Below are positions 10,586 through 22,412 of a DNA stretch of 64,000 bases, piece by piece. The position numbers and the translations under genes are program-made. This DNA comes from an uncultured Chloroflexia bacterium. Its GTDB lineage: Bacteria; Chloroflexota; Chloroflexia; Thermomicrobiales; UBA6265. The first letter of the stretch is position 1. Every line of letters starts with the position of its first letter. The stretch covers positions 128,001 through 192,000 of the forward strand of contig CAVRUC010000005.1 of NCBI GenBank assembly GCA_963724295.1, written 5' to 3'. The notes beneath the pieces are model-generated. The model made no database searches. It was not told the origin of the DNA and worked only from the letters and a program-made list of their open reading frames with translations.

Positions 10586-12265
10586 ATGCATTCACCGACG
10601 AAGGCATGGAACCGGCTATTAGCGTTAGCGGTCGCGCTTGCCTTGATGGTTCCGGCGCTGACTACACTGGCCGCCCAGGACGAAGGTAAGATCCTGAGCG
10701 TCCACCACCAGGTCTACCCTGACGTAGTCGACCCCCAGAAGAGCTCCTTCTCTAACGAGATCGACATCCTGGCCCTGGCCTACGAAGGTCTGACGCGGTT
10801 TGACACGGAGCTGCAGACTGTCCCCGCCGCCGCTGAGTCGTGGGAGTACAACGACGATGCCACCCAGATCACGTTTCACTTGCGGGAGGGGCTCACGTAC
10901 AGCGATGGCACGCCACTAACCGCGGAAAATTTCCGTTTCGCGGTCGAGCGGACCTGCGATCCCGTCACCGCGGGAGAGTACCAGGGCATCCTCTTTGAAA
11001 TTGCTGGCTGCGCAGACTTTGCCGGGCTTGCCCTCGACGAGGAGGGGAATACCCGAGAGTACACCCCCGAGGAGTACGACGAGGCTCGGGCCGCACTGGG
11101 GGTTACTGCCGCTGACGACCGGACTCTGCAGATCGATCTGGCGAATCCGGCACCGTACTTCCACACCGTCGCGGCACTCTGGGTTTTCTATCCAGTCAAA
11201 CAGGAGATCGTGCAGGAAGACCCGGACAACTGGTGGCAGAGCGCGGAGAACCACATCGGCAACGGACCCTTCACCATCACCGGCATCGATGAGGAGCAGC
11301 GTTGGACATTCGCCGCTAACGAGAATTACTGGGAGGGCCGACCCAAGCTCGACGGAATCGAATATCGCTACGTCGAGGACTCGGCGGTCGCGCTCGAGGC
11401 ATTCCGCGCGGGTGATCTTGATATCGTCCACCTGGAACCGCCGCAGATCCCCGAGGTGCAAACGGATCCCGAGCTTTCCGAGCAATTCCTCTCCTACCCG
11501 ACCGCCTCGACCTACCAGATGGAGATGAACCTCAACCTGGAGCCCTTCAATGATCTCAAGGTGCGCGAGGCGTTCGCCTACGCGTTCGACCGCGAGACCT
11601 ACTGCGCGGAAGTTCGCTCCGGAGACTGTACGCCTGCTCTCTCCTGGATCCCGGAGGGCATTCCGGGGGCGATCGAAACTGACAAGTTCGCCTTCGATCC
11701 GGAGGCGGCGCAGCAGGCTTTGGCCGAGTCCTCCTATGGAGGCGCGGAAAACCTGCCGCCCATCGAGGTCTATTACAACAGCGAGCGCTCCGGCGCCACG
11801 GAGCGAGCCGAGTGGATGGCTGGGCAGTTCCGCGACATCCTGGGCATCGAGCTTCAGCTCAGGCCCACAGACGGCACGACCTTGACCTCCCTCACGAAGG
11901 ACAATGCCAGCCACCCACAAATGACGATTTTCGGTGGATGGATCCAGGACTATCCAGACCCGCAGAACTGGCTCAGCGTCTTCTGGACGTGTGACTCGAC
12001 CTTCGCCCAGAACCGGGGCTACTGCAACGAAGAGTTTGATCGGCTAACGGAGCTGGGCGACACCACCGTCGACCCTGAAGAGCGCATCTCGTATTACGAG
12101 CAGGCTGGTGAGATCCTGGTCAATGACCAGCCCGGTCCCTTCATCTTCCACATCGCCGCGGTCTTCGTCGTCAGCCCCGACGTCACTGGTTACACGGCGA
12201 CGGCCGCCGAATCGGAATGGCCCGGCCAGTTCTCGTCGTTGATGACCATCGACAAGACGGGCTAG
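10586..12265 (+). CDS. oppA: Oligopeptide ABC transporter substrate-binding protein, copy 2
   Basis: Intact 559-aa family-5 SBP with a signal peptide. Confidence 0.92.
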   Translation: MHSPTKAWNRLLALAVALALMVPALTTLAAQDEGKILSVHHQVYPDVVDPQKSSFSNEIDILALAYEGLTRFDTELQTVPAAAESWEYNDDATQITFHLREGLTYSDGTPLTAENFRFAVERTCDPVTAGEYQGILFEIAGCADFAGLALDEEGNTREYTPEEYDEARAALGVTAADDRTLQIDLANPAPYFHTVAALWVFYPVKQEIVQEDPDNWWQSAENHIGNGPFTITGIDEEQRWTFAANENYWEGRPKLDGIEYRYVEDSAVALEAFRAGDLDIVHLEPPQIPEVQTDPELSEQFLSYPTASTYQMEMNLNLEPFNDLKVREAFAYAFDRETYCAEVRSGDCTPALSWIPEGIPGAIETDKFAFDPEAAQQALAESSYGGAENLPPIEVYYNSERSGATERAEWMAGQFRDILGIELQLRPTDGTTLTSLTKDNASHPQMTIFGGWIQDYPDPQNWLSVFWTCDSTFAQNRGYCNEEFDRLTELGDTTVDPEERISYYEQAGEILVNDQPGPFIFHIAAVFVVSPDVTGYTATAAESEWPGQFSSLMTIDKTG

Positions 12266-12274
12266 AGCGCTGAA

Positions 12275-12325
12275 GCTGGGCCCGACGGCGATCGCGAGCA
12301 TCTCGCAGTCGCCGTCGGGCCCAGC
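12275..12325 (+). terminator. Long stem-loop after oppA2 (terminator or mRNA-stabilising hairpin)
   Basis: 17-bp IR GCTGGGCCCGACGGCGA / TCGCCGTCGGGCCCAGC. Confidence 0.65.
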
Positions 12326-12410
12326 ATCAGGACCAGGCGGCCCGAGTTAGGGCTGCAACAGACTTTATGTTATCCTCGCGCCGTGATCGACATGCTCTGA
12401 TTGAGGATCC

Positions 12411-13427
12411 GTGATGCTGGAATACGCCTTTCGCCGAGTGCTGTGGGTCATCCCGGTGATCGTCTCCGTGGCGGCTGTCACCTTCTTCCTCATGTACCGG
12501 GCCCCTGGCGGGCCATGGGACCGGGAGAAGACGCTGCCAGCCGCGACCGTCAAGGCGCTCGACGCCAAGTTCGGTCTCAACAAGCCGCTTTGGGTCAATC
12601 CCGAGGCGGTCAATCTTGCCGTCTCCGAGGGCGTCAGGAATCCGCTTGCGCTCGGCGCGGCGTTCATCGACAGCCGGTTTCTGAACTACATGACCGGCGT
12701 CTTCCGCTTCGATCTCGGTCCTTCCTACGCCTCGAAGGGGGCCGAAACAGTTCAGGAGCTCATCGCGAGGAAATTTCCAGTCTCGTTGAAGCTCGGGCTC
12801 GTCGCCATCATCTTTTCGGTCAGCATCGGCGTGCCTCTGGGCGTCATCGCCGCGCTACGTCAGAACACTTGGCTCGACTATCTCAGCCTTGGCACGTCCA
12901 CCATCGGCGTCTCCGTGCCGACCTTCGTCAGCGGCCTCCTCCTGCTGCTCTTACTGAGCCGCACCTTTTCTTTCTCTCCCATCCGCGATCCCGAAGAATG
13001 GGTCGGTTTCGGACCCGCATATGTGCTCCCGGGGATCGTTCTCGGGCTCGGCACGATGGCCTACATCGCCCGCTTGACGCGAACCAGCATGCTCGAGATA
13101 AAGCGCCAGGACTACGTCCGCACCGCCCGCGCCAAGGGTTTGGCCAGCAGCAACGTGATCACCGCCCACATGCTACGAAACGCGCTGATCCCGATCGTCA
13201 CCATCCTTGGACCGGCGGCCGCTGATCTGGTCACCGGGTCGATCATTATCGAGTCGATCTTCGGCGCACCGGGGCTCGGTCGAGAATTCGTCGAGTCGAT
13301 CTCGAAACGCGACTACTCGGTGATCATGGGTACCGCGATCTTCTACGCCGTTCTTGTCGCCATCGCGAATGTCGTGGTCGATCTCTCCTACGGCTTCGTT
13401 GATCCCCGTATACGCGTCCGCCGCTAG
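12411..13427 (+). CDS. oppB: Oligopeptide ABC transporter permease
   Basis: APGGPWD, DLGPSY, EAA loop DYVRTARAKGL and HMLRNAL. Confidence 0.93.
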   Translation: MMLEYAFRRVLWVIPVIVSVAAVTFFLMYRAPGGPWDREKTLPAATVKALDAKFGLNKPLWVNPEAVNLAVSEGVRNPLALGAAFIDSRFLNYMTGVFRFDLGPSYASKGAETVQELIARKFPVSLKLGLVAIIFSVSIGVPLGVIAALRQNTWLDYLSLGTSTIGVSVPTFVSGLLLLLLLSRTFSFSPIRDPEEWVGFGPAYVLPGIVLGLGTMAYIARLTRTSMLEIKRQDYVRTARAKGLASSNVITAHMLRNALIPIVTILGPAAADLVTGSIIIESIFGAPGLGREFVESISKRDYSVIMGTAIFYAVLVAIANVVVDLSYGFVDPRIRVRR

Positions 13428-13441
13428 GAGAAGGGGGTCGT

Positions 13442-14449
13442 ATGTCACAAATTGCCATCACCCTCGCCCAGGATGCCCCGCCCGAGACCCTGCCCGGGAC
13501 TCTTGGCGCCCTGCGAGCGCCGAGGAGCCTGTGGTCGAACGCCTGGCGTCAGTTCCGGCGCAACAAGTTGGCGATGGTGGGAATGGCCTGCCTGATCTTC
13601 CTTGCCGTGGTCGCAATCTTCGCTCCGCTCATCGCCCCGCACAATCCGGTGCAGAGCGATCTACGCACGGCCGGAAAGTTCCGCCAGGCCGCTTGGATCG
13701 AGACGGGCAATCCCAAGACAACGGGAGACTGGAGTTATCCGCTCGGCACCGACGGCAATGGCCGTGACGTCTTCAGTCGTCTGGTTTACGGCACTCGCAT
13801 CTCGCTCGTCGTGGGCTTCATTCCAATGGCCGTCATCATGTTCATCGGGATTCCGATCGGCTTGGCCGCGGGATACGTCGGAGGAGCGCTCGATAACCTC
13901 TTGATGCGGTTCACCGACATCGTCTATTCGTTTCCGGCGCTCCTCTTTTTTATCATCATGCAGATATCGTTCGGTGACACCGAAATCGGGCAACTGCTCA
14001 ACGGTCTGGTTCTGCTCTTCATCACGCTGTCGATCATCAACTGGACCGGCGTCGCCCGGCTTGTTCGCGGCGATACGCTCGCCCTGAAGGAGAAGGAATA
14101 CGTCGAGGCGGCGAGAGCCAGCGGCGCCTCTGCCTGGCGGCAGATCAGTCGCCACATTCTCCCCAATGCTCTGGGCTCGATCATTGTCGCCGGTGCCTTC
14201 ATCGTTCCCGGCGCGATCATCGCGGAAGCGGTGCTCACCTATCTCGGGATCGGCTTGAGACCGGATGTCAATCTGGACGCACCCTTCCCGACCTCATGGG
14301 GACAGATGATCCAATCAGGACAGACCGCCTATCGCAACCAACCGTGGCTGCTGATCGCGCCGAGTGTCGCCGTCGCCTTGATCACGCTCTCGTTCACGTT
14401 CGTCGGCGACGGTCTGCGCGACGCCCTCGACCCACGCGATCAGATCTGA
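13442..14449 (+). CDS. oppC: Oligopeptide ABC transporter permease
   Basis: LGTDGNGRDVFSRL, EYVEAARASGA and GDGLRDALDP. Confidence 0.93.
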   Translation: MSQIAITLAQDAPPETLPGTLGALRAPRSLWSNAWRQFRRNKLAMVGMACLIFLAVVAIFAPLIAPHNPVQSDLRTAGKFRQAAWIETGNPKTTGDWSYPLGTDGNGRDVFSRLVYGTRISLVVGFIPMAVIMFIGIPIGLAAGYVGGALDNLLMRFTDIVYSFPALLFFIIMQISFGDTEIGQLLNGLVLLFITLSIINWTGVARLVRGDTLALKEKEYVEAARASGASAWRQISRHILPNALGSIIVAGAFIVPGAIIAEAVLTYLGIGLRPDVNLDAPFPTSWGQMIQSGQTAYRNQPWLLIAPSVAVALITLSFTFVGDGLRDALDPRDQI

Positions 14450-14557
14450 CACCGAGCTCGCAACATCCGGCTTGGCGTCAGGCACATCTGGCGCCTTCCG
14501 GGAATCTGTTCCTTGCCTGGCTTCAACGCGTAATCACGACGGAACCTTCGCACCGCC

Positions 14558-15484
14558 ATGAACAGGATTGACCGCCTCTTCAGCATCACGACGCGGCTCC
14601 AGGCGAGAGGTCACCTCCGGGCCGCTGACCTCGCAAACATCTACGAGGTCAGCATCCGCACCATCTATCGCGACATCGCCGCGCTGAGCGAGTCGGGCGT
14701 GCCGATCGTCTCGCTACCCGGTCGCGGATATTCGCTCGTCGATGGCTACTTCTTACCCCCTCTCCTCCTCTCGTCACGCGAAGCAACGGCATTAGTGCTT
14801 GGCGCGCGTTTGGTGGCCGGTCAAGCAAGCGCCGAGATCGCCACTGCGGCCGAAGAATCCGTCGCCAAGATCCTGGCCGTCATGAGCGACGACGCTCGCC
14901 GCGATTTGCGGGAGCTGGACGACGTGCTCGACCTGGCCACGTCTCCCGAGTTCAGGTCGCGACTCGATGTCGGAAACGAGCGGGTGCGAGCACTCTGGCA
15001 AGCGATTCTGGAGCGCCGCGTTACGACACTCCATTACTTCGGGAGAAATCGGGACCAGGAGACTATCCGCGAGGTCGAGCCGCGCCGGCTCGGGTATGCG
15101 AACGGCGCGTGGTACCTGACCGCCTACTGTCGAGACCGTCAGGGCGAGCGCGCCTTTCGTCTGGACCGGATCGAGCGCCTCAACGTGCAAACCGAAAGGT
15201 TTCGCGCTCGACCAACAATTCCGACCCAGCAGGCTCCGGCCATCGACGTGATCGTGCGTTTCCGCGATGACGTCAGCCGGTGGGTGCGAGAGCGACAACA
15301 CTGGTCGTTCGTCGCCGAGGAAGGAGCCGAAGACGAGCTTGTGGCTCGCTACCGTCCCGGCTCCCTCGATGAGATCGCGCCCTGGCTGCTTGGCTGGGGC
15401 ACAGCCGCTGAGGTGCTTGCGCCGCGCGAGCTACGCGACCAGCTTCGACGGGAAGCTCAGGGCCTGATCGAGATGCTGACATAG
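14558..15484 (+). CDS. YafY-family HTH-WYL transcriptional regulator
   Basis: MNRIDRL..EVSIRTIYRDI HTH, WYL motif (GAWYLTAYC..RAFRLDRI) and WCX tail (EVLAPRELR). Confidence 0.92.
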   Translation: MNRIDRLFSITTRLQARGHLRAADLANIYEVSIRTIYRDIAALSESGVPIVSLPGRGYSLVDGYFLPPLLLSSREATALVLGARLVAGQASAEIATAAEESVAKILAVMSDDARRDLRELDDVLDLATSPEFRSRLDVGNERVRALWQAILERRVTTLHYFGRNRDQETIREVEPRRLGYANGAWYLTAYCRDRQGERAFRLDRIERLNVQTERFRARPTIPTQQAPAIDVIVRFRDDVSRWVRERQHWSFVAEEGAEDELVARYRPGSLDEIAPWLLGWGTAAEVLAPRELRDQLRREAQGLIEMLT

Positions 15485-15492
15485 GGCTGACA
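15475..15492 (+). promoter_or_regulatory. Putative operator of the YafY/WYL regulator upstream of the ABM gene
   Basis: GCTGACA-N4-GCTGACA (one mismatch from a TGACA-N6-TGTCA palindrome), overlapping the regulator's stop codon. Confidence 0.5.
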
Positions 15493-15566
15493 CATCGCTC
15501 TGCTTCACTCTCAGCAGAGACCGGGTGGACCGGTCCCAGACGCGATGAGAGGAGACGCACGCAGAG

Positions 15567-15869
15567 ATGGATGAGCAGTTCGAGATCGTCATCTACCGAC
15601 TCAAGCCGGACGTGAATCGGGACCAGTTCATGGAGATATCCGACCAGGCCACGGGATGGCTCCGCAATCGCCCCGGCTACTTGGGTCGTGAGCTCCTGGA
15701 AGATGACAGCGGCCAGTGGGTCGATTTGGTCCGTTGGGCGACAATGGAGGACGCGCTCGCGGCGGCCAGCGCCTTCATGGAGGTTCCCCAGGCGACGGCA
15801 TTCATGGCCGCAATCGAGCCGAAAACCATTACCATGCTGCACCCGCGTCGCGTCGTCAGGTACGAATAA
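15567..15869 (+). CDS. Antibiotic biosynthesis monooxygenase (ABM)-like dimeric alpha/beta barrel protein
   Basis: 100 aa with RLKP..PGYLGRELL..WVDLVRW. An RBS (GGAGA) lies upstream. Confidence 0.7.
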   Translation: MDEQFEIVIYRLKPDVNRDQFMEISDQATGWLRNRPGYLGRELLEDDSGQWVDLVRWATMEDALAAASAFMEVPQATAFMAAIEPKTITMLHPRRVVRYE

Positions 15870-15969
15870 CCGCGACCCCCGCTTGACCTGGCAGGGCCGA
15901 GGAATGAAGAGCAGACCGGTGGGGGAACGCGCGGTGAGATCAAGCCATGACCCGGGGCCGGCAACAGAT

Positions 15970-16596
15970 ATGGTGGATGACGTGGACGTGACAAGCGATC
16001 AACCTTTGGAGGCGAGGCACTCCGCGGATGGCGTGTTCCGTTGCGAGTGGACAGGAACCGATCCGTTGATGGTTGCCTATCACGACGACGAGTGGGGTGT
16101 TCCCTGCCATGACGACCGCGATCTATTCGAACGCCTCATTCTGGAGGGGTTCCAGGCGGGACTCTCTTGGTCGACAATCCTGCGCAAGCGCCAGGCGTTC
16201 ATCCGGGCGTTCGACGGTTTCGAGCCGGCGATCGTCGCTGCCTATGGACCCGACGACGTCGCCCGCCTGTTGAGTGACGTCGGAATCGTCCGCAACCGGC
16301 TCAAGGTGGCGGCGGCGATATCGAACGCTCAGGCGTTCCTCGAGACGAAGGAGGCTTTCGGCTCGTTCGACGCCTACGTCTGGCAGTTTGCGCCGGCTGG
16401 AGGCAAGCAGCGGCCGCGGAGCCTGGCGGAGATTCCGGCCACGACCGCGGAATCCGACGCCATGAGCAAGGATCTGAAGCGCCGCGGGTTCCGCTTCGTG
16501 GGCAGCACCATCTGCTATGCGTTCATGCAGAGCGCCGGTCTCGTCGACGACCATGTCAAGGGCTGCTTTCGAGCCACGTCACCCCCGGACACCTAG
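15970..16596 (+). CDS. tag: DNA-3-methyladenine glycosylase I
   Basis: RCEW..YHDDEWG..LEGFQAGLSWSTIL..IVRNRLK..GFRFVG..DHVKGC. Start is uncertain. Confidence 0.95.
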   Translation: MVDDVDVTSDQPLEARHSADGVFRCEWTGTDPLMVAYHDDEWGVPCHDDRDLFERLILEGFQAGLSWSTILRKRQAFIRAFDGFEPAIVAAYGPDDVARLLSDVGIVRNRLKVAAAISNAQAFLETKEAFGSFDAYVWQFAPAGGKQRPRSLAEIPATTAESDAMSKDLKRRGFRFVGSTICYAFMQSAGLVDDHVKGCFRATSPPDT

Positions 16597-16605
16597 GCTG
16601 CTGGC

Positions 16606-17229
16606 TTGATCTGCTCCCGGAACCACCTCGCCCGCGCCTGGGCCTTCATCGTGCTCGCGGGAGTCGCCGTCAATCTCGTCGTCCTCATCGCCACGCCGGT
16701 TCTGCGTCCGGACCTCAATCTCCTCGAGAAGTCATTGAGCTATTACGCCGTTGGCCCCTGGGGAGTACTCCAGGCGGGCGCGTTCGCGACCCTGGGCATC
16801 TCGTCGATGGCGCTCGGTGCGGCACTCCGGTCCACCATCAAATCATGGTGGGTTTGGCCCATCGTCCTCTTGCTCACGCTTTCCGGCATTGCCAGTCTCG
16901 GGCTCGTCTGGTATCCGATCGATGCGCCGGGACCGACGACGATCCTGGGCGACGCCCACCAGACCGCGGGCACGACCGGCGGCGTTGCCCAGCTTGCGGC
17001 CGCCCTGGCCTTTACACTCGCGGCTCGTGCCGATTCGGCATGGCGCGAATTGTTCCGCCCCGCGCTCGCATTGTTCCTGCTCGCCCTGCTGGGAGCAATC
17101 CTCTCTCAGGTCTCGATCTGGTGGCCCCATCTGGGCATCCCCATGGGTGCCACGATGCGGCTGCTCGTCGTGCCATTGCTCGTTCTCTGGGCAATAGTGG
17201 CCCTGCGTCTGCGCCGGATGTGTGCCTAG
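16606..17229 (+). CDS. DUF998-like membrane protein
   Basis: About five TM helices with SLSYYAVGPWG and a conserved H (DAHQ). Confidence 0.65.
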   Translation: MICSRNHLARAWAFIVLAGVAVNLVVLIATPVLRPDLNLLEKSLSYYAVGPWGVLQAGAFATLGISSMALGAALRSTIKSWWVWPIVLLLTLSGIASLGLVWYPIDAPGPTTILGDAHQTAGTTGGVAQLAAALAFTLAARADSAWRELFRPALALFLLALLGAILSQVSIWWPHLGIPMGATMRLLVVPLLVLWAIVALRLRRMCA

Positions 17230-17233
17230 GTCC

Positions 17234-19702
<2,469 letters not shown>

Positions 19703-20298
19703 CGGAACTCTCACTTTTCCTAGGCTTGCCGCCTGCGGCTCGTCTTCCGTAAAGAACAGTATCTGGCGTTTCCCAGAACCTCCGCAATAAATCGGTGCCG
19801 AACGTTGCCGTTCCGGCCAGGAAGTCGGTAAGCGAGCGACGGCTCACCCATGGGAAGAAGTCTGAGAAACCACTGGTATCGCGGGAGGTGCCGAGACCTC
19901 ACGGATGAGAATTCAGCCTGAACGATTCAGACTGGCTCTCGAGCAGCTTGACGCCAGGGTTCATCAGGTCTGAGGTTCGGCCACTGGCCGAACGTTCGGG
20001 AATACAGGGTGTATCGATAAGCTCCACGCAGCTGTGCTCGCCGTCGTCTGCGCTGGCACGTTGCACTTCATTGGGATGCCACAGTCGGCTCTCCCAGCCG
20101 CGCGGGATGACGTACCAGACTGCTCCGCCCGTAAGCCGCGAGCAGTCCTACGGTGTCATCGTCATTGCTCGTGGCTACCTCGGAAAAGTTGCCGAGAACA
20201 AGCAGTTCGCCGGTCTGGATGATCCGGACATCGTCGACCTCGGCGAGATCCGCATGCAGTCGGCAACGTAGCGATAAACGGTCCGCTTCCATCTCCGG

Positions 20299-20342
20299 CC
20301 CCCTCTCCCTGCGCACAGGGAGAGGGGGTAGGGGGTGAGGGC
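20299..20342. repeat. CCCTCTCCC/GGGAGAGGG REP-like palindrome
   Basis: 13-bp IR CCCCCTCTCCCTG / CAGGGAGAGGGGG plus a GGGGGTGAGG tail. Related copies at 22322 and 40330. Confidence 0.75.
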
Positions 20343-20347
20343 GAAAC

Positions 20348-21262
20348 CTACGCCTTGAGCGCGCCCTCCTGGAGACCCTTCATGAACCAGCGCTGTGCGA
20401 TGCCGAAGGTGATCAGCGCGGGCAGGATGGCGATGATGTAAAGCGCTGCGATCCGCGGCCAGAGGGACGCGCCGATGCCGCCGGAGGTGCTTACAATGAA
20501 GACCGGCAGGGTCCGCTGGCCGGCGTCGTTCATCAGCGTCAAGGCAAGCAGGTACTCTCCCCAGGCCGCCACGAAGTTGACGACGATGACAACCACGATG
20601 CCATTGCGAACAAGGGGCAGCATGATCCCGCCCAGAACTCGCAGCGAATTCGCTCCATCGAGTCGCGCCGAATCGACCAACTCCTTCGGTACCGTTTCGA
20701 AGACGCCTCGCATGATGAAAACCGAAATTGCCACCGATAATGCCGTGTACGGCAGCATGAGGCTCCACGTCTCGTTGATCAGCCCTAGCCGGTTCTGAAT
20801 GTTGTAGATCCCGAGCAGCGCCGTGACTCGCGTCGGAAAGAACAGCGACGCCACGAGCAAGCCGATGACGACGCCCCGCAACGGTGTTTTCAGGTGAACG
20901 AGCGCGTACCCGGCAAGCACCGCGGTGATGGTCGAGGCGATGACGGTCAGCCCGGTTACAAGCACGCTGTTCTTGAAGGCCACCACCGCGTCCTTCGACC
21001 TCTCGATGACAAAGGCGTAGTGGGAGTAAATCGGATCCACGAATTGATTCGGCCAGATGTATCGCTGCGTGCCATCCGGCAGCGACTTGACCGAGAGGAG
21101 GATGACCCACGCCAGCGGAAACAGCACCCACAAGCAGAGAATGATCAGGAACGCGTGGCGCGCAATCGCTCCCCACCGTATGCGTTTCCTGGGATGCCAG
21201 ACCCGAAATCTCTCCTGGCTTGTCGAGCCGATCCGACCGGCAGTCAACTCAGCCGAAGTCAT
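20348..21262 (-). CDS. Carbohydrate ABC transporter permease (MalG-like)
   Basis: FKNSV, EAA loop VPKELVDSARLDGA and WGEYLLA. Confidence 0.92.
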   Translation of the reverse strand: MTSAELTAGRIGSTSQERFRVWHPRKRIRWGAIARHAFLIILCLWVLFPLAWVILLSVKSLPDGTQRYIWPNQFVDPIYSHYAFVIERSKDAVVAFKNSVLVTGLTVIASTITAVLAGYALVHLKTPLRGVVIGLLVASLFFPTRVTALLGIYNIQNRLGLINETWSLMLPYTALSVAISVFIMRGVFETVPKELVDSARLDGANSLRVLGGIMLPLVRNGIVVVIVVNFVAAWGEYLLALTLMNDAGQRTLPVFIVSTSGGIGASLWPRIAALYIIAILPALITFGIAQRWFMKGLQEGALKA

Positions 21263-21313
21263 CGCCTGCCTCTCTCTTCGCCCAAAGCCCCCATTCGCTA
21301 GTTGCTCTGCCGC

Positions 21314-22283
21314 TCAGTCACGGGAGCGGAAGAGGTAGAACATGATGGCGACCACGATCAGCATGAAGAAGGCACCGACCCAGCCGATTGCGGCGGCATA
21401 GCCGCGGAACTGCATGCCGCCGCCGAACGCCGTATCGTACATGTAGACCGTCCAGGTGTAGGTCGAACGCGTCCTATCGAAGCCACCCATGATGAGGTAT
21501 TCCTCGATGACCGCCATTGCGCTGCCGAAGCGAATCACCGCCAGGACGAGAACGATCGGCAGCAGCCTCCAGAAGGTTACTCCCCAGAACATGCGCCACT
21601 CGCTCGCGCCGTCGACGCGGGCGGCGTCAAAGAGGTCGCGCGGGATCGTCGCCAGCCCGGCCAGAAAAAAGATCGTGTGATAGCCGAGCCCCCACCACCA
21701 CTCCATAAAGGCGATCGAGGGGAAGACCAACTGCGGGTTGCTGATCCACTGGGGCTGGTTCCGCAGGTTAAAGATCCCGAGGACATCGACGAGAACGTAG
21801 TTGATGGGACCGACGTAGAGGTTATACATCCAGAGCCAGAGGATGAAGATCAACGGCGCCGGGATCATCGCAGGAATGAGCAAGATCACACGATAGGCCG
21901 TCGAGAGCTTATTGCTCCTGACTCGGTCGAGGCAGACTGCCGCCGCCATCGGGATGAGGATCACCCCGGGCACGAAGATCAGGGTGAAGATGAAGGCGCG
22001 CTTGATTCCTTCCCAGAAGAGCGGGTCGTGCAGGACGTCACGATAGTTCTGCAGCCCAATCCAGTTCGGGGCTGTCTGATCGAGGAACTTGTCGTCGGTG
22101 AAACTGATCCGAAGCGCGTCATAGATCGGCAGAAGCTGCCAGCCGAGGAAGAAGATGATGGCGGGCAACAGGTAGGGATAGGTGCGCAGGAGGTTGAGCG
22201 CAGAGTTCCAGCGGCCCGTTCGGGCGGCTCTTGGCCGGCACGGCGCCCTGGACTGCATCTCCTGGCGCAACCGCCTGTGCCAC
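21314..22283 (-). CDS. Carbohydrate ABC transporter permease (MalF-like), probable frameshift near the 5' end
   Basis: WIGLQNY and IPRDLFDAARVDGA. A GTG at 22283 with an RBS lies in a different frame from the main ORF. Confidence 0.88.
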
Positions 22284-22321
22284 TAGGTCCCCCTTTCCCG
22301 CGGCGCCTGCTCGGCCTCGGT

Positions 22322-22390
22322 GTTCCCCTCTCCCTCACGGCCCACGGAGTTCGCAGCGAGCTCCGAAGGATAACCGAGGGAGAGGGGAAC
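22322..22390. repeat. REP-like palindrome after the sugar SBP gene
   Basis: Perfect 15-bp IR GTTCCCCTCTCCCTC / GAGGGAGAGGGGAAC with an inner hairpin. Confidence 0.72.
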
Positions 22391-22412
22391 GCTGAAAGGG
22401 CCCGCTTGAACG

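Noticed and set aside
8839..11920. Long antisense and alternative-frame ORFs (e.g. 8839-9915 and 10916-11920, with many similar ones throughout)
   Set aside because: These are shadow ORFs expected from high-GC codon bias opposite well-supported genes, with no recognisable motifs.
19705..19960. SAM riboswitch upstream of the osmC-metY operon
   Set aside because: Only fragments (GGCAAC, GAAGAC..GGCAAGC) resemble SAM-I/IV. The P1 helix and the AUC/GAU core could not be built.
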